From an uncultured Gammaproteobacteria bacterium (GTDB lineage Bacteria > Patescibacteriota > Microgenomatia > PFEM01 > JAPLYW01), in NCBI GenBank assembly GCA_965230945.1, contig OZ246397.1:539925-603924 (forward strand): a stretch of 64,000 bases of DNA, written 5' to 3'. Each line of letters starts with the position of its first letter. Position 1 is the stretch's first letter. Below the pieces are notes generated by a model, which was not told the origin of the DNA, did no database searches, and saw only the letters and a program-made list of their open reading frames with translations. The translations under genes and the position numbers were made by a program. Positions 26,801-34,854 of this stretch are shown here, piece by piece.

Positions 26801-27571
26801 ATGTTTATGGAATGTAGTAGTAAATTAACATTGTCAAATATTCCTTCCGATTATCCACTTCCTAACCTTTATTATTTCTCTTCCAAATTTTTAACAGAAA
26901 TTCGTAAACAGGTGACAGGTGCTGTTTCAATTTTAAATCAAAATGGTTTTGAAGAATGTCATTTCCCTTTTTTAGTTCCGAGAAGCCTTTTATTGTATTA
27001 TAAGAACTTAATATCTTTGGAAGATTTTATAAAAGTATATTCAGGGAAAGATAAGCGATCATATGCTTATTTGAGACCAGATGGTGTGTTTAGTCAAGGG
27101 ATCACTTTAGCAAAAGAAATGATTAAGAGTTATCGTAATTTACCCTTGAAATTATTCGAAGTATCCCCAAGCTATAAAAGATTAAAGAACAAAACCAAAG
27201 GGAATGTCTTTACTTCTCCAGAAGAGTCTTTTTCTATACAAGGTGGAGTATTTATTGAGGATAAAGACGAAAATGAATTTCTTCAGACGATTATTTCTAG
27301 AATTCTAAATAACTTCTCAATACCGTATATAGCCAAAAATAATAAATTATGTAAATATGGGGGAATAAATTATAGCACTCTTTTTAGTGACAATGAGATA
27401 AATCTCGCTAAAATTTGTGTTTTTGATCAAGAAGTTACTCGGGAAGCAAACATTTATTTTTTTAATAAAGAGGGAAGGAGATCTTTTCCATACATGTATA
27501 GCTTTAGCTTATCTCAAAACATTTTTTTAATTAGTCTTTTAAAAAATGAAAGAATAGGATTAGAAAAGTGA
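26801..27571 (+). CDS. ProRS-like paralog truncated to the N-terminal catalytic region (256 aa); no anticodon-binding or Zn domain
   Basis: YAYLRPDGVFSQGITLAKEMIKSYRNLPLKLFEVSPSYK parallels the proS segment [37 protein letters not shown]; very AT-rich. Confidence 0.55.
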   Translation: MFMECSSKLTLSNIPSDYPLPNLYYFSSKFLTEIRKQVTGAVSILNQNGFEECHFPFLVPRSLLLYYKNLISLEDFIKVYSGKDKRSYAYLRPDGVFSQGITLAKEMIKSYRNLPLKLFEVSPSYKRLKNKTKGNVFTSPEESFSIQGGVFIEDKDENEFLQTIISRILNNFSIPYIAKNNKLCKYGGINYSTLFSDNEINLAKICVFDQEVTREANIYFFNKEGRRSFPYMYSFSLSQNIFLISLLKNERIGLEK

Positions 27572-28995
27572 ATAACATATCAGAAGAGAAATTGATAGAT
27601 TGGCTGAAGTTTTATGTTAACTTTGGTGATATAGTAAATGATGATTTTCCTACTAAAGGAGCTTGTTCTTGGTACCCTTATGGATATTCTTTAATGAAGA
27701 ATATCCTTCATTTAGCATCAAATATTTTAATTAAGAAAGCTAAGTTTAAAGAGATTGTTTTACCATCTTTTGTTCATGGTGAAGATTTCATGAAAGAATG
27801 CAAAAATATAAAAGATTTTAGTGAACGTGTATATTGGTCGCCATTATATAGAAAAGACGATCTACATGTAGTAACTCCTACAATTGAAGCACAGTTAGGT
27901 GCTCTTTATAATAAATGGCTACAAGCAAATAAAAAACTTCCGTTTAAGTATTTTACGATAAGGGGAGTAGGTCGTTATGAAACTGGAAGGACAATTCCTT
28001 TATGGAAGGAACGTAACGTTTGGCCTTTTTTTGAAGGGTTAACGGTTCATAGTTCTTCATCTGATTTTTTAGCTACCATAAAACAACAAATAAATTTTAT
28101 GGAAGTTTTTTTTGAAGAACTTGGAATTCCTGTTTTAATCCTTGAAAGACCTAAGATTAATTCTCGTTTGTGTGAATATTCTGAGCGAAGAATAGAAGCT
28201 GTTACGATAACTAAAGATAAGAGGGTTGTAATACTAGCAAATATATATGATTTAGGAGAAATATTTAGTAGAGTATACGATATCTTTTATATCGTTAAGA
28301 ATACTAAATATTATGCCTTAACTTCTGCGATAGGTTTATCTGGTAGGGTGTTGGCTACCTTGTTGACTATAAATGGCGATAAAGATGGTTTTATTCTTTC
28401 TCCAATGATTGCTCCAATTAAGTTAGCGATATTACCAATTTATAATAAACCAGCTTTTACTAAGCTAGCAAAAAAGATAGAAGTTTATTTAAGTAAAAAA
28501 GGTATAGTTTCAAAGAATTTTCCGGCTGTGTCTTCGTTGGGAGAGAGGAGAAGAAAAGTAACAGCAATGGGGATACCTTTTTTAATAGAGATTGGATCAA
28601 ATGAAATAAAAAGCTCGTCAGTATTAATAAAAGAACGTGTTCTTACTCATAATTCTACAGAATGTGAAATAAAAGAAATACCTTATATTATTAAGAAACG
28701 AGGCAAAATAATGAATAAGTTTATTAAGCAGAAAGCATTTAAAGAATTCAATTTACTTACTAAGTCTGTTAAGTTAAAGAAAAATTTTCTTTATTGCCTT
28801 AAAGATGAGATTTTAACAGAATCATTTTTTTGTAATAATCCAAATTGTTATAATAAAATGGCAGAATTGTCAAATAGAGAAATAATTGGTCGTAATTATA
28901 AAGCTAAAATAAATAAAAAATCTAAATGTATAGTTTGTGGAAAAACAGCATCTCAAGGTATTTATTTTGGTATTAAATGGAAGGGAGAAAAGTGA
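27568..28995 (+). CDS. Full-length divergent ProRS-family paralog (475 aa: catalytic, anticodon-binding and Zn-ribbon domains)
   Basis: PTKGACSWYPYGYSLMK, VTPTIEAQLGALYNKWLQANKKLPFKYFTIRGVGRYETGR (motif 2 altered), GLSGRVLATLLTINGDKDG (motif 3), SPMIAPIKLAILPI, C-terminal CNNPNC...CIVCGK. Confidence 0.6.
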   Translation: MNNISEEKLIDWLKFYVNFGDIVNDDFPTKGACSWYPYGYSLMKNILHLASNILIKKAKFKEIVLPSFVHGEDFMKECKNIKDFSERVYWSPLYRKDDLHVVTPTIEAQLGALYNKWLQANKKLPFKYFTIRGVGRYETGRTIPLWKERNVWPFFEGLTVHSSSSDFLATIKQQINFMEVFFEELGIPVLILERPKINSRLCEYSERRIEAVTITKDKRVVILANIYDLGEIFSRVYDIFYIVKNTKYYALTSAIGLSGRVLATLLTINGDKDGFILSPMIAPIKLAILPIYNKPAFTKLAKKIEVYLSKKGIVSKNFPAVSSLGERRRKVTAMGIPFLIEIGSNEIKSSSVLIKERVLTHNSTECEIKEIPYIIKKRGKIMNKFIKQKAFKEFNLLTKSVKLKKNFLYCLKDEILTESFFCNNPNCYNKMAELSNREIIGRNYKAKINKKSKCIVCGKTASQGIYFGIKWKGEK

Positions 28996-28997
28996 TT

Positions 28998-29912
28998 ATG
29001 GATTTTTTAAAAAAGGGAGACACTATTGGGGTGGTTGCTCCTGGCTCGCCAGTGCCTAAAAAAAATATAAAAAAGGGAGTTAATGTTCTTAGTAATATGG
29101 GCTTTAATGTAAAATTAGGTAAGCATATTTTTAGTATTACTGGCTATACGGCAGGAATTGCAAAAGATCGTGCTAATGATATTAATAGGTTTTTTTCTGA
29201 TTCTCAGATTAAAGCGATAATTGCTGCTCGTGGTGGTTATAATTGCAATCAGATCTTACCATTTTTAGATTATGGACTTATTAAAAAAAACCCAAAGATT
29301 TTCTTAGGTCTTAGTGATGTAACTGCAGTGTTAAATGCTATTGTTTTGAAATCGAATGTTATAACATTTCATGGCCCAGTTCTTTTAATGATAGGGGGTG
29401 GAAGAGATGGTAAAGTATTCTCTAAGTATTCCAAAGAAAATTTTGAAAAAATACTTATGAATGAAAAGAAAAGGTTTATTAATGTAGTTAATGCCTTTGA
29501 TAATTGGATTGTTTTAAATAAAGGAAAAGCTGTAGGCAAACTTTTTGGCGGGAACCTCTCTTCTTTAATAAGTATTATTGGTACATCATATGAACCAAAT
29601 TGGAAAAATGCGATTCTAATGTGGGAAACGCTGGAAGAAAAATTAGAAATGATAGATCAGATGTTAACACATCTGAGATTAGCTGGAATTTTTGATAAAA
29701 TTAATGGTATGATGGTAGGTAAGTTTGTTGATACTAAACAGGGAAGAGATACAGAGATTATTAAAATGATTTTAGAACAATGCAGGGGATATGATTTTCC
29801 GATAATTTATGGGGTTGATTTTGGCCATACTAACGAAAATTTAATATTACCTATAGGTGGGGAAATTAGTTTTAATACAGAAGAAGAATTTCTTAAGATT
29901 ATTAAATATTAA
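28998..29912 (+). CDS. Peptidase S66 family (LD-carboxypeptidase LdcA / microcin-C immunity MccF-like serine hydrolase)
   Basis: IGVVAPGSPV, nucleophile motif LGLSDVTAV, C-terminal GVDFGHT...PIGGE His motif. An alternative ATG at 28977 overlaps the upstream stop. Confidence 0.7.
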   Translation: MDFLKKGDTIGVVAPGSPVPKKNIKKGVNVLSNMGFNVKLGKHIFSITGYTAGIAKDRANDINRFFSDSQIKAIIAARGGYNCNQILPFLDYGLIKKNPKIFLGLSDVTAVLNAIVLKSNVITFHGPVLLMIGGGRDGKVFSKYSKENFEKILMNEKKRFINVVNAFDNWIVLNKGKAVGKLFGGNLSSLISIIGTSYEPNWKNAILMWETLEEKLEMIDQMLTHLRLAGIFDKINGMMVGKFVDTKQGRDTEIIKMILEQCRGYDFPIIYGVDFGHTNENLILPIGGEISFNTEEEFLKIIKY

Positions 29913-29923
29913 ATTAGAAATTT

Positions 29924-31057
29924 ATGGGGCCTTATCAGGCGAAGCCAGGCGGTGTTATTTCTTATTTAGGCAATAAGATTTATCCTCCAGTTGAGGATGT
30001 ATTAGCTGTTTCTTGGCCACCAAAAGATTTAGTAGACAGAGTTGGATCTATTTATCGAGATAAGAAGTGGTACCACCTGCATAAAATTGATGCCTCAATT
30101 TTTACTGCTACGACACAATTCTTCCAAAGTATAAATGCTGATTGGGTTAATCTACCTCTTACCACTATGATGATTTCTTCTCCTGGTGAAGTTTATGCTG
30201 GACAAAGACTAAATTACACAACAGATACTTTACCTATGGAAATTCCTAATTGGTTTCATACTGGTAATAGAGTGTTTCTTTCAGAATCTTCACAGTTTTA
30301 TCTAGAATTAAGATTAATAATTGATAAGCTGGATAAAGTTTTTTCGATTTATAATTCTTTTAGGAAGGAAAAAGCTGATGCTACTCATTTATCAGAATTC
30401 CAACATGTTGAGTTTGAAGGACATGTTAATTTCAAAAATAACATAAATACTTTTATCAATTTGATTAATTATATTTTAAATTTTCTTTTACAAAATAACG
30501 AAGATAATTTATCTTTTTTTCTTGAAGATCAAGATATAAATGAATTATCTCGAAGCATGAAAAAGATTTTTAAGGTTCCGTTTGTCGAAATTTTAAAAGT
30601 TCTTTTTAAGGAAACTGGAAATAATAAATATAAAGAATTTTCAATGAAGAATTTTGGGTCGTGGGAAGAAATTTTTATTACTCAGATTTACGGCGGTAAT
30701 GTGTTAGCTCTTAATTTCCCTATGTTGCAGATCCCTTTTTATCATGAAATAAGTAAGAAAAAAGTTGGGGGTGTTCCTGTAGCTGAAAATGCAGATTTAA
30801 TACTTCAAGGATATAGAGAAACTGTTGGGAGTGGATTAAGAATTACAGATCCAAAGGCTTTGGCAGAAAAAGCAAAAATTTTTAATCTACCTATAGATGA
30901 CTATAAACCTTACCTTGAGACACGTAAGATGAAGAAATATAAAACATCGGCTGGTTTCGGTTTAGGTTGGCAAAGATTTACGCAATGGATTTTAAAATTA
31001 CCATATATTTGGGAAACAACCCCAACTCCTCGTGGACACACAAAACCAAGGCTTTAA
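29924..31057 (+). CDS. Standalone class IIb aaRS catalytic core (AsnA / AsnRS-AspRS-like); no anticodon-binding domain
   Basis: Motif 2 FSIYNSFRKEKADATHLSEFQHVEFE, motif 3 SAGFGLGWQRF, C-terminal IWETTPTPR (compare AsnRS IRDVIPFPR). Confidence 0.6.
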   Translation: MGPYQAKPGGVISYLGNKIYPPVEDVLAVSWPPKDLVDRVGSIYRDKKWYHLHKIDASIFTATTQFFQSINADWVNLPLTTMMISSPGEVYAGQRLNYTTDTLPMEIPNWFHTGNRVFLSESSQFYLELRLIIDKLDKVFSIYNSFRKEKADATHLSEFQHVEFEGHVNFKNNINTFINLINYILNFLLQNNEDNLSFFLEDQDINELSRSMKKIFKVPFVEILKVLFKETGNNKYKEFSMKNFGSWEEIFITQIYGGNVLALNFPMLQIPFYHEISKKKVGGVPVAENADLILQGYRETVGSGLRITDPKALAEKAKIFNLPIDDYKPYLETRKMKKYKTSAGFGLGWQRFTQWILKLPYIWETTPTPRGHTKPRL

Positions 31058-31107
31058 TTAAAAACAACATTTTTTATTACTTGATAATTTACAGAATATA
31101 ATCGATA

Positions 31108-31263
31108 ATAAAAAAAGAGCTTTTAGGGAAAATAGTTTTAAAAATTAAAGAAATTGCTAAAGAGAAAAAAATAGATAAAGGCTACAAGGTGCAAATTAAC
31201 TGCGGAAGAAAGGCGGGTCAAATAGTACCTCATTTGCATTTTCATTTGCTCGCTGGTTTTTAA
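31108..31263 (+). pseudogene. 3' fragment of a second HIT-family gene (about 51 codons, no start codon)
   Basis: In-frame translation IKKELLGKIVLKIKEIAKEKKIDKGYKVQINCGRKAGQIVPHLHFHLLAGF followed by a stop. The HIT C-terminal block and histidine triad are present, the N-terminal nucleotide-binding half is absent, and a stop lies immediately upstream at 31105-31107. Confidence 0.55.
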
Positions 31264-31320
31264 AGCTCCTAAAAGAAATCTTTAGTATTTGCCATAAAGA
31301 AAGGAAGGTGATATGAGAAA

Positions 31321-31509
31321 ATGGCGACTGTTGTCAAAAAGTCTCCGGGAGAGACTGAAGATAGGCTGATTGCTAAGTTTAGAAGGAAAATTATTTCTGA
31401 ACAGCTTCTAGATGAAATTAGAGAAAGAAAATTTTACAAACCGCCATCAGTTAAAAAGAAAGAACGTTTGGCGGCTTTAAGACGGGGGAGGGGAAGGAAA
31501 AGGAGATAA
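31321..31509 (+). CDS. rpsU: 30S ribosomal protein S21
   Basis: 62 aa; LIAKFRRK...FYKPPSVKKKERLAA, basic tail. Confidence 0.8.
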   Translation: MATVVKKSPGETEDRLIAKFRRKIISEQLLDEIRERKFYKPPSVKKKERLAALRRGRGRKRR

Positions 31510-31949
31510 TGCTTCTAGAAAAAATTAAAACAGATTCTGATAAGGCCTTAAAGAAAAAGGACAATATTAAGGTATCTACCTTGCGTATCTTACTTTCTGA
31601 AATTCATAACAAACAAATCGGTAAACAAACCGATAGGTTATCTGATGAGGAAATTGTTAAAGTAATTCGTCAACAAGCTAAACAAAGGCAAGAAGCAATA
31701 ACGGCTTACAAGCAAGGAAAACGTGATGATTTAGTTCAGAAAGAGAGCAAAGAATTAGATGTTTTGAGTAAATATCTTCCACAGGAAATGCCAGCAGAGG
31801 AGATTGAGAAGATAGTTAAACAAATAATTGAGGACTTAGGGGTTAGTGGCCCTGAAGGGTTTGGCAAGGTCATGAGTGAGGCTATGAAGCGTATTTCTGG
31901 TCAAGCAGAAGGGTCAAAAGTGGCCGAAATTGTTAAGAAATTGATATAG
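31509..31949 (+). CDS. GatB/YqeY domain protein
   Basis: 146 aa; typical rpsU-yqeY pairing; YqeY-like helical sequence. Confidence 0.7.
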   Translation: MLLEKIKTDSDKALKKKDNIKVSTLRILLSEIHNKQIGKQTDRLSDEEIVKVIRQQAKQRQEAITAYKQGKRDDLVQKESKELDVLSKYLPQEMPAEEIEKIVKQIIEDLGVSGPEGFGKVMSEAMKRISGQAEGSKVAEIVKKLI

Positions 31950-31983
31950 TTTATTATAATTAAGTTCTAGTTGACAGCTTCAG

Positions 31984-32343
31984 ATGAATTCCATTTTAAT
32001 TAAATCAGCAGGGAAATTTAATCTTAGTAAGGACTTGGTAGAAAAATGGGCTTTGGAAGTACTTAAAAAATACGGTTTAAGTGATTGTGAATTGAGCATC
32101 GCTTTTGTTGATAGTAAAAAGATTAGATCTTTAAATAAAAATTATCGTCAGCTTGATAAAGCGACAAGTATTTTATCTTTTTTTCAAGGGCAGGCAGCCC
32201 CTGAAAATATCAAAATCTTGGGCGATGTTGTCATTTGTCCGCCCGAGGCAGAAAAGAAAAATCTTTCAATTAAATTTTTAATTGACCATGGAATCCGTAA
32301 CCTACTATCTGAAATATCGACCAGCAAAAGTCAAGGAACTTGA
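31984..32343 (+). CDS. ybeY: YbeY-like endoribonuclease with a degenerate C-terminus
   Basis: LSIAFVDSKKIRSLNKNYR...SILSF...GDVVICPPEA matches the YbeY core. Where HGxLHLLGYDH is expected the sequence reads HGIRNLLSEIS, and the ORF overlaps the dnaX start by about 60 nt. Confidence 0.5.
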   Translation: MNSILIKSAGKFNLSKDLVEKWALEVLKKYGLSDCELSIAFVDSKKIRSLNKNYRQLDKATSILSFFQGQAAPENIKILGDVVICPPEAEKKNLSIKFLIDHGIRNLLSEISTSKSQGT

Positions 32344-33835
32344 CTTAGTTGATGTTCGTGATAGCTTAACTAAAGTTTTAAGCTCAGGTAAAATTCCCCA
32401 TGCTTTTTTATTTTCAGGGCCCAAGGGTACCGGCAAAACTTCTGCCGCCAGAATTTTAGCCAAAGCAGTTAATTGTTTAAGGAATTACAAAAAAGGCAGG
32501 AAAAGCGATTTTGAACCTTGTAATAAGTGTGAGATTTGTCAGGAAATAAATAGCGGCCGAGCCCTTGATCTGATCGAAATTGATGCCGCTTCCAATAGGG
32601 GTATTGATGATATTCGCGACCTAAGAGAAAAGATAAAGCTAGCACCGGCAAAGTGCCGTTATAAAATCTATATTATTGATGAGGTGCACATGTTAACTAC
32701 AGAAGCTTTTAATGCTTTGTTAAAAACTCTAGAAGAGCCGCCAAAACACGCTTTATTTACCCTTTGTACTACCGTTCCTGAGAAATTACCCAAGACGATT
32801 GTTTCTCGCTGTACTCAGATTAAATTCAAGAAAGCTAGTTTAGAGGAGATGATAAGATCTTTGAAAAGGGCGACTGAGGGAGAAAAGCTTTCTTTGGGTA
32901 AAGGGGTTTTAGAGGAGATTGCTAAAAATGCTGATGGTAGTTTTAGAGATGCGCAAAAGATTTTAGATCAACTCTCTTTAAGCGGAAAGAGAATTTCTTT
33001 AAAAGAGACAAAGAAACTTTTAGGGAGAATTGAAGAATTAAAAGCAGATGGGTTATTATTGTCTTTAGCTGATAAAGAAGTTAAAAAAGCTCTTTTGGAG
33101 ATTGATAAGGTGGTTAGTTTTGGGGCAGATTTAAGTTTTTACTTGCAGGATGTTTTAGAAAAACTTCGTTTTCTTTTATTAGAAAAGACAGGTATTTCTG
33201 ATTTAGATAATCAAGATTTAGATCAAGAGCTGAAAGGGGCTTTTGCAAAGTTGACTAAAGGCGATCTTTTTAGATTGATTACCTTATTTGCTCAAGCTGC
33301 TATTGAGATTAAAGTAAGTCCCATTCCTCAATTACCCCTAGAATTGGCTGTGGTTCAATGGTGTGAGGTAGAAGAAGAAAACAAAGTTCATGCACAAAAA
33401 GCAAATCCTTCTGGTAAAAAGGTTAGTAATAATCCTTCACCTAATGGGGAGATGAAAAAAGCAAGTGGGAATAATGATGATGGTTTAAGTAGGATTGTAG
33501 ATCAGTGGGATGATTTATTGACTGGAGTTGGGCCCTTAAATCATTCGGTAGAGGCCTTACTTAGAGCAACAAGGCCCGTTAAAATGGAAGGCCAGTTTTT
33601 GACTTTAGAGGTTTTTTATAAATTTCATAAAGAGAGGTTAGAAACGGAAAAGTGTCGTTCTATTGTGGAAGAAGTGGCCAGTCAACTTTTAGATACACCG
33701 GTAAAATTAAAGTGTATCTTAGGCGAGAAGAAAAATACTCAAAGCATGAGTAAGCCCATTGATGATACTAAAGGTGATAAAAATGATATAATGGATATTG
33801 CCAGTCAGATATTTAATGGCAAATTAATTGATTAA
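32282..33835 (+). CDS. dnaX: DNA polymerase III subunit gamma/tau
   Basis: YRPAKVKELDLVDVRD, Walker A GPKGTGKTS, zinc module CNKCEICQ, Walker B IYIIDEVH, sensor TTVPEKLPKTIVSRC. Confidence 0.85.
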   Translation: MTMESVTYYLKYRPAKVKELDLVDVRDSLTKVLSSGKIPHAFLFSGPKGTGKTSAARILAKAVNCLRNYKKGRKSDFEPCNKCEICQEINSGRALDLIEIDAASNRGIDDIRDLREKIKLAPAKCRYKIYIIDEVHMLTTEAFNALLKTLEEPPKHALFTLCTTVPEKLPKTIVSRCTQIKFKKASLEEMIRSLKRATEGEKLSLGKGVLEEIAKNADGSFRDAQKILDQLSLSGKRISLKETKKLLGRIEELKADGLLLSLADKEVKKALLEIDKVVSFGADLSFYLQDVLEKLRFLLLEKTGISDLDNQDLDQELKGAFAKLTKGDLFRLITLFAQAAIEIKVSPIPQLPLELAVVQWCEVEEENKVHAQKANPSGKKVSNNPSPNGEMKKASGNNDDGLSRIVDQWDDLLTGVGPLNHSVEALLRATRPVKMEGQFLTLEVFYKFHKERLETEKCRSIVEEVASQLLDTPVKLKCILGEKKNTQSMSKPIDDTKGDKNDIMDIASQIFNGKLID

Positions 33836-33850
33836 AAAGGAGGTTTTTTT

Positions 33851-34129
33851 ATGTTTGATAAGTTTAAGCAAATGGGAGAGATGAAAAAAATGCGCGATGA
33901 AGCCCTGCGTATTCAAAGACAGCTGGCCGAGGAGAGGATTGAGGTTAACGAGGGTGACATTAAAGTTGTCATCAGCGGTGATCAACAGATCCAAGAGCTA
34001 GAGATTAACGGAGAGGGCAATGACGCTTTGATAAATGTTTTAAACAGGGCTTTAAAGCAATCTCAAAAAGTAGCCGCTCGTAAGGTTCAGGAAATGTCAG
34101 GGGGGCTTTCCGGATTGTTGGGGAAATAA
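33851..34129 (+). CDS. ybaB: Nucleoid-associated protein YbaB/EbfC
   Basis: 92 aa; conserved dnaX-ybaB-recR synteny. Confidence 0.85.
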   Translation: MFDKFKQMGEMKKMRDEALRIQRQLAEERIEVNEGDIKVVISGDQQIQELEINGEGNDALINVLNRALKQSQKVAARKVQEMSGGLSGLLGK

Positions 34130-34173
34130 GCAAAGCTTGTTTCTCGTAAGCTCAAAATGATAAAATCTTTCCC

Positions 34174-34785
34174 ATGAATCTTCTTCCTCGTTCCATTAAA
34201 AAGCTGATTGAATCTTTTGAAAGGCTTCCTGGGATAGGTCCTAAAACAGCTCAGCGTTTAGTTTTTTATCTTCTTCATGTGCCTCAGTCTTATTTAGATG
34301 AGTTTGCCGAGTCTTTAAAACAATTGAAAGAGAAAACGGTCCTTTGTTCAATTTGTTTTAATGTGGCCGAAACTGATCCTTGCCAGATTTGTACTGATCA
34401 AAGTAGAGATAAGTCGCTTATCTGTGTGGTGGAGCAACCCTTGGATGTCATCGCTCTTGAAAAAACAGACAAATACAAAGGAGTTTACCATGTCCTCCAT
34501 GGAGCCATCTCGCCTTTAAATAATATTGGTCCGGAAGAACTTTATATCAAAGATTTTTTAAAGCGTCTTAATAATAAATCGTTGCCAATTAAAGAAATTA
34601 TTTTAGCTACCAATCCTAATATGGAAGGGGAAGCGACGGCCATGTATTTAGCTAAGCAGATTAAAAATCAAAAAAGCCAAGCTAAGATTACTAGATTGGG
34701 TCAGGGATTACCAACTGGGGCCGATTTAGAATATGCTGATGAATTGACTTTATCACGAGCTTTAGAGGGAAGAAAAGAGTTTTGA
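34174..34785 (+). CDS. recR: Recombination protein RecR
   Basis: HhH LPGIGPKTAQRL, C4 zinc finger CSICFNV...CQIC, Toprim domain. Confidence 0.9.
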   Translation: MNLLPRSIKKLIESFERLPGIGPKTAQRLVFYLLHVPQSYLDEFAESLKQLKEKTVLCSICFNVAETDPCQICTDQSRDKSLICVVEQPLDVIALEKTDKYKGVYHVLHGAISPLNNIGPEELYIKDFLKRLNNKSLPIKEIILATNPNMEGEATAMYLAKQIKNQKSQAKITRLGQGLPTGADLEYADELTLSRALEGRKEF

Positions 34786-34792
34786 AATGGAA

Positions 34793-34854
34793 AAGGGGAC
34801 AGAAAAATATTTATTCTTACTTAGAAATAAAGTAAGTATTTTTCAAGTCCCCTT
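34793..34854 (+). terminator. stem-loop downstream of recR (AAGGGGAC ... GTCCCCTT 8-bp perfect stem with an internal palindrome)
   Basis: GC-rich inverted repeat at 34793-34800/34847-34854; no long U-tract follows, so terminator function is uncertain. Confidence 0.35.

Noticed and set aside
32282-33835. Programmed -1 frameshift site in dnaX (tau/gamma)
   Set aside because: The A-rich runs near 33394-33401 and 33415-33420 are not an in-frame A AAA AAG heptamer, so there is no evidence for a gamma-producing slip site.
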